Both the position numbers and the translations under genes were made by a program. A stretch of DNA of 64,000 nt from a virus (Duplodnaviria > Heunggongvirae > Uroviricota > Caudoviricetes). Shown here piece by piece: positions 36,736 through 46,410 of the stretch; position 1 is the first letter of the stretch; every line of letters starts with the position of its first letter. The DNA lies in the IMG/VR virus record IMGVR_UViG_3300043219_000435. One strand, given 5' to 3'. The notes below the pieces were generated by a model, which did not search any database, was not told the DNA's origin, and saw nothing but the letters and a program-made list of their open reading frames with translations.

Positions 36736-37086
36736 ATGATTGATGAATGTATAATTGAAGAAAAATCAGTACAGGCAAAAGTTTGTATATCAACAGTCTT
36801 AGTAACGTTAAATGAAATCAAAAACACTTTAGTTGAGCAGAGAACAAAAGCTGTTGATATATTTAATAAGAAACATGATAGTGGAGATTTAGGAAATTAT
36901 CTTGAATATTATGCTTGGCCTCAAACCTTCAGTGGAACTAATCCATTTGGACCTGGGGGCTGCGCTATAACCTCTTTTACGATAGAGTGCTATCATAATG
37001 ACCTGTACAAGGATTGTGTCTTGTTCCTATGTGGGAGGCCACAATACCATGATAACTTTAAGCCCTTTATGAGATACAACACATGA
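36736..37086 (+). CDS. hypothetical protein (start uncertain)
   Basis: The track ORF starts at 36676, at the ATG inside the GWE codons of the upstream gene; the internal ATG at 36736 is used here. Confidence 0.3.
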   Translation: MIDECIIEEKSVQAKVCISTVLVTLNEIKNTLVEQRTKAVDIFNKKHDSGDLGNYLEYYAWPQTFSGTNPFGPGGCAITSFTIECYHNDLYKDCVLFLCGRPQYHDNFKPFMRYNT

Positions 37087-37313
37087 TTAATGAATATATT
37101 ATTGGAAGATTGAAATTAGGTCATTTGAAATCAAATAAAACCAAAGCAATTGCCATCTTTTTAAATAGTCCTACTTGTTGGGATATGGATGAAGCAAAAG
37201 GATCTATTATGAGTCATGGTGAAATCTGTGAACATGATACCGGATATATGTGCGAATGCAGAATCCAACATTTACTTGATTTTATTAATGATAATTTTAA
37301 TGAGAAACCTTAA
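37083..37313 (+). CDS. hypothetical protein
   Basis: ATGA-coupled ORF. Confidence 0.35.
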   Translation: MINEYIIGRLKLGHLKSNKTKAIAIFLNSPTCWDMDEAKGSIMSHGEICEHDTGYMCECRIQHLLDFINDNFNEKP

Positions 37314-37531
37314 CCACCCCACGGTACATGTTTACATGTTATTACTGCTTTACGGCTTCCACTATATTTTTTTAATTTATCTAAATCTTCTTGAGTATAC
37401 TTCTCTGGATGTGGATGGGGATTCTCAATTGAAACATTCAAACCATTTTCTTTTAAAGCTTTCTCAATGATATGAATCTCATAATCAAAAGTTGTTCCCA
37501 TTCCTTTTATTTCTATATGTATAGTATCCAT
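37310..37531 (-). CDS. hypothetical protein
   Basis: ORF. Confidence 0.35.
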   Translation of the reverse strand: MDTIHIEIKGMGTTFDYEIHIIEKALKENGLNVSIENPHPHPEKYTQEDLDKLKKYSGSRKAVITCKHVPWGG

Positions 37532-37722
37532 TACATCACTCTTTTAAATTTTTTATAAGATAATATTAAATCTGTAATAAAATATATATTGACCAATATA
37601 AGATTTATAATTATCAATATAAATATCGTTCCAAATCCAAAAGTATCATATATTATAATAGTAACACAAACAGATGCTGCTATTATTAATAATACACATA
37701 CAAACATTATTTTAATTAACAT
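37531..37722 (-). CDS. small membrane protein
   Basis: Two TM helices. Confidence 0.35.
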   Translation of the reverse strand: MLIKIMFVCVLLIIAASVCVTIIIYDTFGFGTIFILIIINLILVNIYFITDLILSYKKFKRVM

Positions 37723-37731
37723 TTTAACCCT

Positions 37732-37950
37732 TCACTTTAGTTCTTTAACATAGTCTACAATTTGTGTTGTATCACCAAAATTTATTGGATGTTCACCAAC
37801 CATTTTAGTACAAATAATAGCTATCTCATCAAGTATTTCTGTTTCTTCTTCTAATGTCAAATTACATTCACCAAAAGCAGGTAACTCAATATTTGATCCA
37901 ATAGTTGCAATTAACAATTTTGCTATTAATTTCTTTTTCTTTCTATTCAT
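37732..37950 (-). CDS. hypothetical protein
   Basis: ORF. Confidence 0.35.
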   Translation of the reverse strand: MNRKKKKLIAKLLIATIGSNIELPAFGECNLTLEEETEILDEIAIICTKMVGEHPINFGDTTQIVDYVKELK

Positions 37951-38354
37951 AATTTAAAAAATCGCTTTTCACTTACCGGCTTGTTTATGACATTTTCACG
38001 GATAACTTTAGTTGTACCATCAGGATACTCTTTTATTATGTCACATCCAGATAAGTATGTAATAGGAACGTTATTTGCTTTAGCTTCAAATACTGCCTTC
38101 TGACCACCAGCTAAAGCAAACTTTGCTATCTCTTCATCATATTCTATTATATATGATAAATCTCTTTTATCTTCAACTTTATCAAGTTCTTCATGAATAG
38201 AATTAAACTCTTCAATAGTTTTTGCTGCCATTAAACGATCTTCAAACTTCTTAGCAACATCATATATATTTTTCATTTGAATAGAAGTCAAATATCTACT
38301 ACGTAAATATTCTTGATAATCTTTCTGTTCCCATACTAATTCACTAATAATCAT
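37947..38354 (-). CDS. hypothetical protein
   Basis: ORF of 135 aa. Confidence 0.4.
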   Translation of the reverse strand: MIISELVWEQKDYQEYLRSRYLTSIQMKNIYDVAKKFEDRLMAAKTIEEFNSIHEELDKVEDKRDLSYIIEYDEEIAKFALAGGQKAVFEAKANNVPITYLSGCDIIKEYPDGTTKVIRENVINKPVSEKRFFKL

Positions 38355-38374
38355 AATTCACTTTAGTTTAAAAA

Positions 38375-38433
38375 GACGAGGGAGAGATTCGAACTCCCAT
38401 CTGCAGATATCTTGCCGGACCAAGAACCTCGTC
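38375..38433 (-). ncRNA. anticodon-arm-less mini tRNA-like element (59 nt)
   Basis: Minus-sense GACGAGG TT CTTG-GTCCGG-CAAG ATATCTGCAGAT GGGAG-TTCGAAT-CTCTC CCTCGTC; perfect acceptor, D- and T-arms, but only a 12-nt palindrome where the anticodon arm should be. Confidence 0.45.
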
Positions 38434-38437
38434 AGGA

Positions 38438-38725
38438 TTATAAATTCAACATACCTTTTAACTTATGCATACAGGCACGAATGTCTTTTTTATCTTCACG
38501 TAATCTGATTTCATTATCAACAAGGTTTTGACAATTAAATATCAAATAATATTTCTCAACTTCGGATTCAGCTAAATCTACCATATCAACAATATCATAT
38601 TTAAGAATCTCATTGGCTAACTGCCAACTCATTATTTCTAATTCAGATTGTTTAGTATATCTGACACATTTTTTAAATAATCGTTGAATCTCTGCTTGAT
38701 CTTTCTTACCAATCTTACCAATCAT
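38438..38725 (-). CDS. hypothetical protein
   Basis: ORF. Confidence 0.4.
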   Translation of the reverse strand: MIGKIGKKDQAEIQRLFKKCVRYTKQSELEIMSWQLANEILKYDIVDMVDLAESEVEKYYLIFNCQNLVDNEIRLREDKKDIRACMHKLKGMLNL

Positions 38726-38913
38726 AGTATACCAAATGTTATATCTAAGTAATAATATAACTAAAGTACTTTAGTTTGTCAATGGAATACAAATCATTTC
38801 AACATTTTCTATTGGATATTCTTTCCGTTCAGTAAATAACATCTTTAATTCAAATTCTTCGAAACTTGATGCTTCTTCATTAAATATGTAATCTTCTAAT
38901 GTCATCTTTTCAA

Positions 38914-39294
38914 TCATAATAAATTTGTAGCTCTCATTAAATCTTCATCTATTTCATCGAGTGGTGAAACAATCTGATACCAATCATAACCAGAGTCTTT
39001 GCGAAATATTCTATTATTTGTAGTTACGATGGTTGTAACTACATTTTGAGAAGAAACTCCATCATCTTTTGAATCAACTGAAGTAACATCCAACAATTTT
39101 ATATCTTCTGGTTCTTCAGGTTTCGTTGCATAATATTTACCTTTCAACTCTGTAAATAATGATCTTGCCTCACAGATAGCAGCAGTATGAATATGAGTTT
39201 CAGGATTTTTAATATGTTTAAAAGAACTTATTTCTTCACCTAAAAATTTGATCATATGATTTATATGTTCTATATCCACTTTAGTTTTCCTCAT
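38914..39294 (-). CDS. hypothetical protein
   Basis: ORF; MRKTKVD is encoded by the motif. Confidence 0.4.
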   Translation of the reverse strand: MRKTKVDIEHINHMIKFLGEEISSFKHIKNPETHIHTAAICEARSLFTELKGKYYATKPEEPEDIKLLDVTSVDSKDDGVSSQNVVTTIVTTNNRIFRKDSGYDWYQIVSPLDEIDEDLMRATNLL

Positions 39295-39415
39295 AATTTA
39301 TATGACAACGACAAGAGGCACAAACTGAAGTGCCATTGTGTCTACATGTATAACAATCACCTAACATAATATTCTCTACATTAAAAAACTAAAGTAATCC
39401 ATTTTTATTAATTTG

Positions 39416-39619
39416 TCAAGTCAATTTGACATGATAAGAATGTATTTTCATATCAACTTCTTCAAGATATTTTTCACACTCGTGGATCTTTTTGAGACAA
39501 CTTCCCAGATTAGTAGAACTTCCACAATCCATAGACATATGCGTTTCTGCAATTATGTCCATGTAAAGTTTTCGTAATTCTATTACAGCTTTAAAATCAT
39601 TATATTCTGTTTTTATCAT
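39416..39619 (-). CDS. hypothetical protein
   Basis: ORF. Confidence 0.35.
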   Translation of the reverse strand: MIKTEYNDFKAVIELRKLYMDIIAETHMSMDCGSSTNLGSCLKKIHECEKYLEEVDMKIHSYHVKLT

Positions 39620-39978
39620 TTCTTACTCCGATTAAAAGATTCATGCTGTACAGCTCTCGAATGTATTCTTTCTGACATCACCCGAACCACTACCGGAAAA
39701 TCATCTTCAGAAATACATTTGGAACAATTTACAGAATTAATAGAAGATGCATATTCTGACATTACTTCAGTTAACAACTCTTCAAGCTCATAATCAATAC
39801 CAGGAATGGTTTTGCTTTTAACATATTTGTCCGTTTCTTCCTGACTCTTCAGATCAATTAAAATACTCATAACTTCATTTCTCAATAAAGTATGATCCAA
39901 CACAACTTGATTCTTCTCCTGAGCAACAATATAATCAACCAAATTCAAAAGCTCATCCTTTACTTCAATTCCCATCAC
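39616..39978 (-). CDS. hypothetical protein
   Basis: ORF. Confidence 0.4.
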   Translation of the reverse strand: MMGIEVKDELLNLVDYIVAQEKNQVVLDHTLLRNEVMSILIDLKSQEETDKYVKSKTIPGIDYELEELLTEVMSEYASSINSVNCSKCISEDDFPVVVRVMSERIHSRAVQHESFNRSKK

Positions 39979-40190
39979 TTGTTTATTGCATCAGTAATTT
40001 TAGTTGTTGCATTAGGAAGCATCAATGCAACTAATACTTGTAGAGATACCATCTGCCAATATTTCAAAACTGGTAAACCGAAAACTTCAGGCATAACACT
40101 ATTCCATGTCCACATTGTAGGAAATGCAAACAATAATAACATTCCTGCAACAATTACCATTGTAATTATAAATCCAACTACCTTTTCCAT
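39975..40190 (-). CDS. small membrane protein
   Basis: TM helices. Confidence 0.4.
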   Translation of the reverse strand: MEKVVGFIITMVIVAGMLLLFAFPTMWTWNSVMPEVFGLPVLKYWQMVSLQVLVALMLPNATTKITDAINK

Positions 40191-40306
40191 AATTTACTCC
40201 TTTATTAACTAAAGTAACTAATTTTTATGTACTTGTCATTATTTAATTGACTTTAGTTAATATTTTTTATATACTTAAGTATAACTTACTTTAGTTGGAG
40301 AAAACT

Positions 40307-40492
40307 ATGAAAAGAAAACCCTCTGGATTTTATAACGATAAACAAAATGTATTGAATGCTGCAAATGTATGTGAATCTCTCGCAGAATTCCACAACTTAT
40401 TTAGAGGAGCTTATAATTCAGCTCTAAAAAATAAATGGCTAACAGAAATAAATAAATCATTTAAAATGATAGATCTCGCTTTAGCTGTTTAA
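40307..40492 (+). CDS. hypothetical protein
   Basis: ATG with RBS GGAGAAAACT (the track starts at a TTG at 40295). Confidence 0.4.
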   Translation: MKRKPSGFYNDKQNVLNAANVCESLAEFHNLFRGAYNSALKNKWLTEINKSFKMIDLALAV

Positions 40493-40879
40493 ATGAAACT
40501 TACAAATCAAATGGTTTCAGAGCAGTATAAGAATATTCAATTCTTTCTTATGCCAAGTGATTTTAAAGGTGCTTTAGCTTATTATATAGCTGTTCAAAAC
40601 CCAAATGCTATACTTGAAAATAATGAAGCTTTAATTGCTTATATGGATTTCTTATATTTTGTACACTTTAAAAATCCTAAAGAACCAATAAAATTTACTT
40701 GTGAGAAATTAAGGAATATTGTAAATGAAGATATATTCTGTGCCATACCTGAAGTTCGAGACCTCAATGAAATGAGGCCGGACTTTATCGATTTAGGTGC
40801 TTTAGCCAGGAATGTCTATTATATGATTATTAAACAAGTTATCATTGAAGATAATCTTGCAGATCCTTTAATGTTATAA
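40493..40879 (+). CDS. hypothetical protein
   Basis: ORF coupled to the upstream gene. Confidence 0.4.
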   Translation: MKLTNQMVSEQYKNIQFFLMPSDFKGALAYYIAVQNPNAILENNEALIAYMDFLYFVHFKNPKEPIKFTCEKLRNIVNEDIFCAIPEVRDLNEMRPDFIDLGALARNVYYMIIKQVIIEDNLADPLML

Positions 40880-40896
40880 CGACATATAACATGTTT

Positions 40897-41181
40897 TTAA
40901 CATTTTAAATGTACTGCAGTCAAAGTAGGTTCTTCCGGTTCCGTTACTTTAGTTGCTACTTCTTCTATAAAAACTTCAATAACTTGTTTTTTGAAGTGTT
41001 TGCGTTTCAAATATTCTTGATATTTACCAATTAAAAATCTTTCACAATAATCTAAACTATAACATGATTTTGTATCATCATAAGAATCTTTATAAATATG
41101 CCAAAATAAAAAAGTTTTATATTGAGGTATATACTGTTTATTTGCCATGGCATCTAATTTAATAATAATTCTATATTTCAT
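40897..41181 (-). CDS. MK(Y/T)RI-family small protein
   Basis: MKYRIIIKLD...; paralog of 41277..41591, 43115.., 43404.. and 44629..; RBS AAGGA. Confidence 0.45.
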   Translation of the reverse strand: MKYRIIIKLDAMANKQYIPQYKTFLFWHIYKDSYDDTKSCYSLDYCERFLIGKYQEYLKRKHFKKQVIEVFIEEVATKVTEPEEPTLTAVHLKC

Positions 41182-41195
41182 TTTAAATCCTTAAG

Positions 41196-41270
41196 CAGAC
41201 GTGGAAGGAATCGAACCCTCACTAGCGCTGATTTTGGAGATCAGTGTTCTACCGTTTGAACTACACGTCT
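41196..41270 (-). tRNA. tRNA, anticodon CCA (Trp)
   Basis: Minus-sense AGACGTG TA GTTC-AAACGGTA-GAAC A CTGAT-CTCCAAA-ATCAG .. GAGGG-TTCGATT-CCTTC CACGTCT; canonical cloverleaf, no encoded CCA. Confidence 0.7.
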
Positions 41271-41276
41271 ATAATA

Positions 41277-41591
41277 TTAATATTCTATTGTGATTGGGGC
41301 AAAGTCTACGTTCTCTATTTTTCTATCTTTGTCAAGATCTACCTTAGGTCTTTTGTCAAATCTCATAGGAACAATATTTATTTCAATTGGTTGTTGGCCT
41401 TCTATCAAAAATCTCTTGCGTCTTACCTTAAAGTCATTTAGTATATTATTTGTGACACTTTTAATATTACGGTTATCTACAAATGAATTAAATGACACGG
41501 GAACATCGTACCAACATATAAAGCTTTTCATTTCAGAACGATAATATACTTCTCCATCGTCATTTACTTTTACAATTATTCTATATTTCAT
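41277..41591 (-). CDS. MK(Y/T)RI-family small protein
   Basis: MKYRIIVKVNDDGEVYY.. start with RBS AGGAG; the longer track ORF to 41675 would run through the tRNA. Confidence 0.45.
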   Translation of the reverse strand: MKYRIIVKVNDDGEVYYRSEMKSFICWYDVPVSFNSFVDNRNIKSVTNNILNDFKVRRKRFLIEGQQPIEINIVPMRFDKRPKVDLDKDRKIENVDFAPITIEY

Positions 41592-41604
41592 TTTAACTCC
41601 TAAG

Positions 41605-41677
41605 CAGGTGTGACAGGCATCGAACCCGTAACCGTTGGATTTGGAATCCAGTGCTCTGCCAATTGAGCTACACACCT
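41605..41677 (-). tRNA. tRNA, probably anticodon CCA (one anticodon-stem mismatch)
   Basis: Minus-sense AGGTGTG TA GCTC-AATTGGCA-GAGC A CTGGA-TTCCAAA-TCCAA .. ACGGG-TTCGATG-CCTGT CACACCT. Confidence 0.6.
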
Positions 41678-41815
41678 ATTAATTATATTTATATAAAGTA
41701 CCAGATTACTCTGAACACTATTAAACAAGTTACCAGGAAAACCCAATTGAATTTCAATCGAAAATTTCCTATTTCTAATGAGATCCAAGCCCAACGTTTT
41801 TTCATCTTTGCCATT

Positions 41816-42919
41816 TTAAGCCTTTATGTTTATTAATGGAATAACTCGATGTTTTACTTCAACCAATTCTTCCTGTTCTTTCATTACATGGAAAATATCT
41901 TTATATGCAAATGGTGATTCATCAATTGTTCCTTGAATAACTTTTGCTTTAATACCTACCATAGATTCTTTAAAATCATCTAATGATATATTTTCTTTTG
42001 CTTGTCTTCTGCTAAGAATTCTACCGGCACCATGGGAAGATGAATAAAGAGAATCTGGATTTCCTTTACCTTCAACAATAAAAGACCCATCTCTCATATT
42101 CCCAGGTATCACACCTTCCATACCTGCTTCAGCATGTGTTGCACCTTTTCTATGAATCCACAAACCATCTTTAAATGTTGCATGATTATGATTTCTATTA
42201 ATCAATGATCTGAAATTTGCACCACCTTCACAATAATGTTTAATCTCTCTTACAACTCTTTCAAGCATTATCTCTCTATTACGAAGAGCAAACTCAAGAC
42301 AGAAATTAAGATCCATTATATAATTTTCACCTTCAACTGAAGTAACTTCTAAAGAATAATTTCCTTCTCTTGCTTTATTAGAATTTGAAGCAAGTTTCAT
42401 ATAATGTGTAGCAGTTTTATGACCAAGATTTCTAGATCCTGAATGAATAATAATCCAGATATCATCATTCTCATCATATCCTATTTCGATAAAATGATTT
42501 CCACTTCCCAGGGAACCCAATTGTTTTAATCCATTAATATCAAAATTTTCTCGACATGTTTTTGTACATTCAATTGCTTCAGCTTCTTTCCATGTACTTG
42601 AATGATCATTACGATTCATTCCGGTAGGAATTGCTCTATAGATACCATTAAAAATCTTTTCAGTTTGATCTACAATATCGCTCTTTTTAAAAGTGGTTTT
42701 TAAGGCACCTACACCGCAGCCAATATCATAACCAACCCATGCAGGGACAATATGTCCATCAGTGGCTACAACGGCTCCTATGGGTATAGAATAGCCCAAA
42801 TGTGCATCAGGCATCAATGCGCCACGTACAACAAAATCACATTTCATTGCATCATAAAATTGATTCATTGTTTTTGGTTCTATGTATTCAGCAAATACTT
42901 TATGTGGTTTTAATTTCAT
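41816..42919 (-). CDS. rtcB: RNA-splicing ligase RtcB (3'-phosphate/5'-OH RNA ligase)
   Basis: Full-length RtcB fold signatures: ..GCG.. Cys, NRNHNHA, SSSHGAGR, IPGNMRDGSFIVEG. Confidence 0.85.
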   Translation of the reverse strand: MKLKPHKVFAEYIEPKTMNQFYDAMKCDFVVRGALMPDAHLGYSIPIGAVVATDGHIVPAWVGYDIGCGVGALKTTFKKSDIVDQTEKIFNGIYRAIPTGMNRNDHSSTWKEAEAIECTKTCRENFDINGLKQLGSLGSGNHFIEIGYDENDDIWIIIHSGSRNLGHKTATHYMKLASNSNKAREGNYSLEVTSVEGENYIMDLNFCLEFALRNREIMLERVVREIKHYCEGGANFRSLINRNHNHATFKDGLWIHRKGATHAEAGMEGVIPGNMRDGSFIVEGKGNPDSLYSSSHGAGRILSRRQAKENISLDDFKESMVGIKAKVIQGTIDESPFAYKDIFHVMKEQEELVEVKHRVIPLINIKA

Positions 42920-43143
42920 TTTATCATCCTCTTGAGAAAAATTTCTGGGTAATCAGGTAATGGCATCCACCATTCTACATCTTTAGTATCACAGAAATAA
43001 TCATCTCCTTCTTCATCATCCCAACATTTATGATGGTCATTATAACACAGTATTTTCTGTGTTCCTTTATGTATAGCTAATACATAGGGATGTTTTTCAG
43101 GAGGTACTTGTACTTCAGTTTTTATCCAATCCGTCTTTTTCAA
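42916..43143 (-). CDS. hypothetical protein
   Basis: ORF. Confidence 0.35.
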   Translation of the reverse strand: MKKTDWIKTEVQVPPEKHPYVLAIHKGTQKILCYNDHHKCWDDEEGDDYFCDTKDVEWWMPLPDYPEIFLKRMIK

Positions 43144-43429
43144 AGAAAAACTCTTCTGTTAATTGTTGAATTTTCTTACCTGGATGTTCATCATATATGT
43201 AATCATGATATTTGATTGTAGTTACTTGGCTGTGTCGGCCTAAAAATCTACGTGCTTCATCAATATCGTAGAAATATATTTCATCACTACATTCAGGATG
43301 TGTATGTCTATCATACGTCCACCACATTGGAAATATCCAAAACAATCGGAATAAATGTTGTGGGTAAAACTTACTCTTACCGTTCTTCTTAACTTCTTTA
43401 ATTCTATACTTCATGGTCTGTCTCATCAT
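43115..43429 (-). CDS. MK(Y/T)RI-family small protein
   Basis: ..MKYRIKEVKKNGKSKFYPQ.. Confidence 0.4.
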   Translation of the reverse strand: MMRQTMKYRIKEVKKNGKSKFYPQHLFRLFWIFPMWWTYDRHTHPECSDEIYFYDIDEARRFLGRHSQVTTIKYHDYIYDEHPGKKIQQLTEEFFFEKDGLDKN

Positions 43430-43658
43430 GATATTTTACAACAGGAATACTATCAATTTTTTCTTGTATGAATGTTCTAGCATCTTTTATTGATTGGAAG
43501 GATATATTTCTTTTAATAGGTTGCATCTGTGGGAATGTAGGTGATGATGACATAATTTGATCCGTTTTTGTAAAACAAACCCATCCACTTAAATCTGCAT
43601 ACTGAGGGTAGAAACTACTTTTACCTTTAACAATTGATTCTTTTATTCTTGTTTTCAT
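43404..43658 (-). CDS. MK(Y/T)RI-family small protein
   Basis: MKTRIKESIVKGKSSFYPQ.. Confidence 0.4.
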   Translation of the reverse strand: MKTRIKESIVKGKSSFYPQYADLSGWVCFTKTDQIMSSSPTFPQMQPIKRNISFQSIKDARTFIQEKIDSIPVVKYHDETDHEV

Positions 43659-43744
43659 ATTAACTCCATAACTAAAGTATATAATTTTTATACACAGGTG
43701 TCAATAATTTTTATATACTCTTAATATAATTAAACGGAGTTAAT

Positions 43745-44632
43745 ATGAAAACAACATTTAAACGGTATGATAGTTCAGAAGGGAATGTCTGGAAGTATGT
43801 ATTTGATTTTGGTGACGCAATAGCTGAAGCGGTACTATATAAATATGAAGATTTTTATGAGCGTACAGTGATATGCATATCGGTCCAAAGTGGCTGTCCT
43901 GTAGGATGTACATTTTGTGGGACCGGCAAGAAATTTATTCGTAATCTTAATAGGCTTGAAATTGTTGAGCAAGTTGAAATTATTTTAGCGGATATGGATA
44001 TTAAAGATATAAGTCGTAATGGAAGAAGATTTCAAATAATGTTTATGTCTATGGGCGAACCATTTTTAAATTATGATGAGTTTAGTAGTGCGCTTGAGAG
44101 ATTAAATAGTTGTTATGTTAATGCTGAATTATTGGTATCAACAATTGCACCAAAAAAAGATGAAGAGAATTATGGTCATTTTATTGGTATGTCACAAACA
44201 TTTAGTAGAATTGGACTTCAGTTTTCAATCCACGAATCCAGTGATTATAGACGGAATATGTTGATACCATATAAGAACAAATATAATCTGAGAGAGATTC
44301 GAGATCTTGGATTAACTTGGCATATGAAAACGAATAGACCGGTTTATATTAATTATTGTGTTCACGAACATAATTCAGATATCACTGATTTTATATCTTT
44401 GAAAGATCTTTTTTCTCCCCTGGCATTCAGATTTACATTCTCAGTAATATGTTCTGCAGATGAGACTATGAAAGATGCAGGTGAAAAGAATATGGATTTA
44501 TTAACTAAAGTAAGTCAGAACTTTTTGAATGATGGTTATAATGTAAGAGTATTTGATCCGGCTGGACAAGATGATATTGGCGGTGGCTGTGGTCAGTTAT
44601 GGCATGTACAACAATGGATGAAAGAGCATTAA
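43745..44632 (+). CDS. radical-SAM RNA methyltransferase, RlmN/Cfr-like
   Basis: CISVQSGCPVGCTFCGTGKKFIRNL matches the RlmN ...SSQ.GC...C.FC.T...G..RNL motif; MSMGEPFLN; N-terminally shorter than RlmN. Confidence 0.6.
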   Translation: MKTTFKRYDSSEGNVWKYVFDFGDAIAEAVLYKYEDFYERTVICISVQSGCPVGCTFCGTGKKFIRNLNRLEIVEQVEIILADMDIKDISRNGRRFQIMFMSMGEPFLNYDEFSSALERLNSCYVNAELLVSTIAPKKDEENYGHFIGMSQTFSRIGLQFSIHESSDYRRNMLIPYKNKYNLREIRDLGLTWHMKTNRPVYINYCVHEHNSDITDFISLKDLFSPLAFRFTFSVICSADETMKDAGEKNMDLLTKVSQNFLNDGYNVRVFDPAGQDDIGGGCGQLWHVQQWMKEH

Positions 44633-44850
44633 GCTCTTTCTTTAGTAATATCTATAGGATAATGATATTTAGAAGCAGGGAATCTATTATTAATATATTC
44701 CACTGCTTCTTCATGTGTATAAAATTTTGTTGTTTCATACAAACTAAAACTATTTATTTTAGAACAATTCATCCACCACCAAAGAAGTTTTGTTTGTGGA
44801 ATGAATTCACTATACTTATGGTATTTTAATTCTAATATTCTTGTTTTCAT
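44629..44850 (-). CDS. MK(Y/T)RI-family small protein
   Basis: MKTRILELKYHKYSEFIPQ.. Confidence 0.4.
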   Translation of the reverse strand: MKTRILELKYHKYSEFIPQTKLLWWWMNCSKINSFSLYETTKFYTHEEAVEYINNRFPASKYHYPIDITKERA

Positions 44851-44883
44851 AAAAAAATGAGAGCCTTTCGACTCTCACCCATA

Positions 44884-45447
44884 TTATCTTCTTCTAGATT
44901 TACTTTTACTTCTACTCGGAGATGATTTTCTGATATTCATTCTACTTGGTGATTTCTTCTTAAGATTTAATCTTTTATTAGATTTTTTCTTAAGATTAAT
45001 ACGATTTGATTTTGCTTTAGCTGCAGGTTTCTTTTTTAAATCAATTCGTTTTTTAGCTGTTGGTTTAACAGATTTTTTAGTAGTTGTTTTTTTAGTAACT
45101 GTCTTTGTTTTTTTAACAATTTTTTTATTTGGATGTTTCTTTTGATAAGAATCTTGAGTAGGATAACGATCTCTTGTACCAGTATGATAACTTGAATTAT
45201 ATCCTACACTACCTACAAATATAAACACGCCAAGTGGACTGTAATAGCCACGATTACTATAAAAGTCTTGTTGATATACTCCTTGAGCATTCATATGACC
45301 TTGATCATAATAATCTTGCTGTACAGTTACCGGCTGAACAGGTACATGTACTACAGCTCTGCGTGTTGGTATACTTGTGATAATAATAACCAGAATCACT
45401 ACAGCAATTAATGATCCAAATATTAGTGTTGTTTTATTTCCATTCAT
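44884..45447 (-). CDS. membrane-anchored highly basic protein
   Basis: N-terminal TM helix; C-terminal K/R-rich tail with INLKKKS repeats. Confidence 0.45.
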   Translation of the reverse strand: MNGNKTTLIFGSLIAVVILVIIITSIPTRRAVVHVPVQPVTVQQDYYDQGHMNAQGVYQQDFYSNRGYYSPLGVFIFVGSVGYNSSYHTGTRDRYPTQDSYQKKHPNKKIVKKTKTVTKKTTTKKSVKPTAKKRIDLKKKPAAKAKSNRINLKKKSNKRLNLKKKSPSRMNIRKSSPSRSKSKSRRR

Positions 45448-45669
45448 TTTGTTTCTCAGTTAAATTAATAATATTAATAGTATATTAAATAAATCAATAT
45501 TATTCAAGGGTGTTTGTTAATTAAACATTCAAAGTTTTTTTGTTATAAAATCTTTACAAGTATCGATAATTGATATATTATTCATATATAAACCCTTTTA
45601 TTTGTTATAATATTATATTAATATTACGTTTAATGAATAGGTGATAATACTTTAACTAAGGACTAATTT

Positions 45670-46410
45670 ATGAAACAAATACTTAAAGATCCGGCAATTA
45701 TGGCAATAATATTTCTCGTATCTTGTACATTAGGTATATGTGTTTTTTCATTTATTACTCGTGAATGTGACATAAATAAACCATGTCCAGAAAAAACTAA
45801 AGTAACAGCAAACATTTATAATAAATTAACTGAAATTAATAATACTTTAGTTATTACAAAAACTGAACAGAAACAAAATGATAAACTTACTCATGAGTTA
45901 ATTAAAGATGTGAAAGATGATATTGTTGTCATACAAAATCAATATAAAGAACCATCATTTAATTATTTAATAACAGGCAGTATAATATTCATATTCGGGA
46001 TTGCTTTAGCTTTATATTTAAAATCAAATCCATTAAAACGAATGTCATATGAAAGAAGCTTATTTCTATTAAGTAAACTTGAACAAGAATTACTTGATCG
46101 TAAAATGTTATTAGAAGTACATAAACATGATATGATTGACAAATTAAAAAATTGTGATACTGAAAGTTCGGCTATTCAAAAAAATAATGTTGTATGTTTA
46201 TTAGATACATATACAAATTCATATCTTATGACTTTAGAAAGAATGTGTCATTTGTTATTATCTAATAGAAAATTAATATGGACTATACGTTATCGTTATA
46301 TGGATCAAATACACATGGTCTTAAAACAATATCCAGAAGAATTAAATTCTGTGACTACAGATTATAGAAGTGTTGTAAAAGTTTATAACAAATGGATGCA
46401 TGGTGAATAG
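45670..46410 (+). CDS. membrane protein
   Basis: Two TM helices. Confidence 0.45.
   Translation: MKQILKDPAIMAIIFLVSCTLGICVFSFITRECDINKPCPEKTKVTANIYNKLTEINNTLVITKTEQKQNDKLTHELIKDVKDDIVVIQNQYKEPSFNYLITGSIIFIFGIALALYLKSNPLKRMSYERSLFLLSKLEQELLDRKMLLEVHKHDMIDKLKNCDTESSAIQKNNVVCLLDTYTNSYLMTLERMCHLLLSNRKLIWTIRYRYMDQIHMVLKQYPEELNSVTTDYRSVVKVYNKWMHGE

Noticed and set aside
41277-41675. Long form of the MKYRI ORF extending over 41605-41677
   Set aside because: The extension would run through a canonical tRNA gene. The internal ATG at 41591 has a strong AGGAG RBS.
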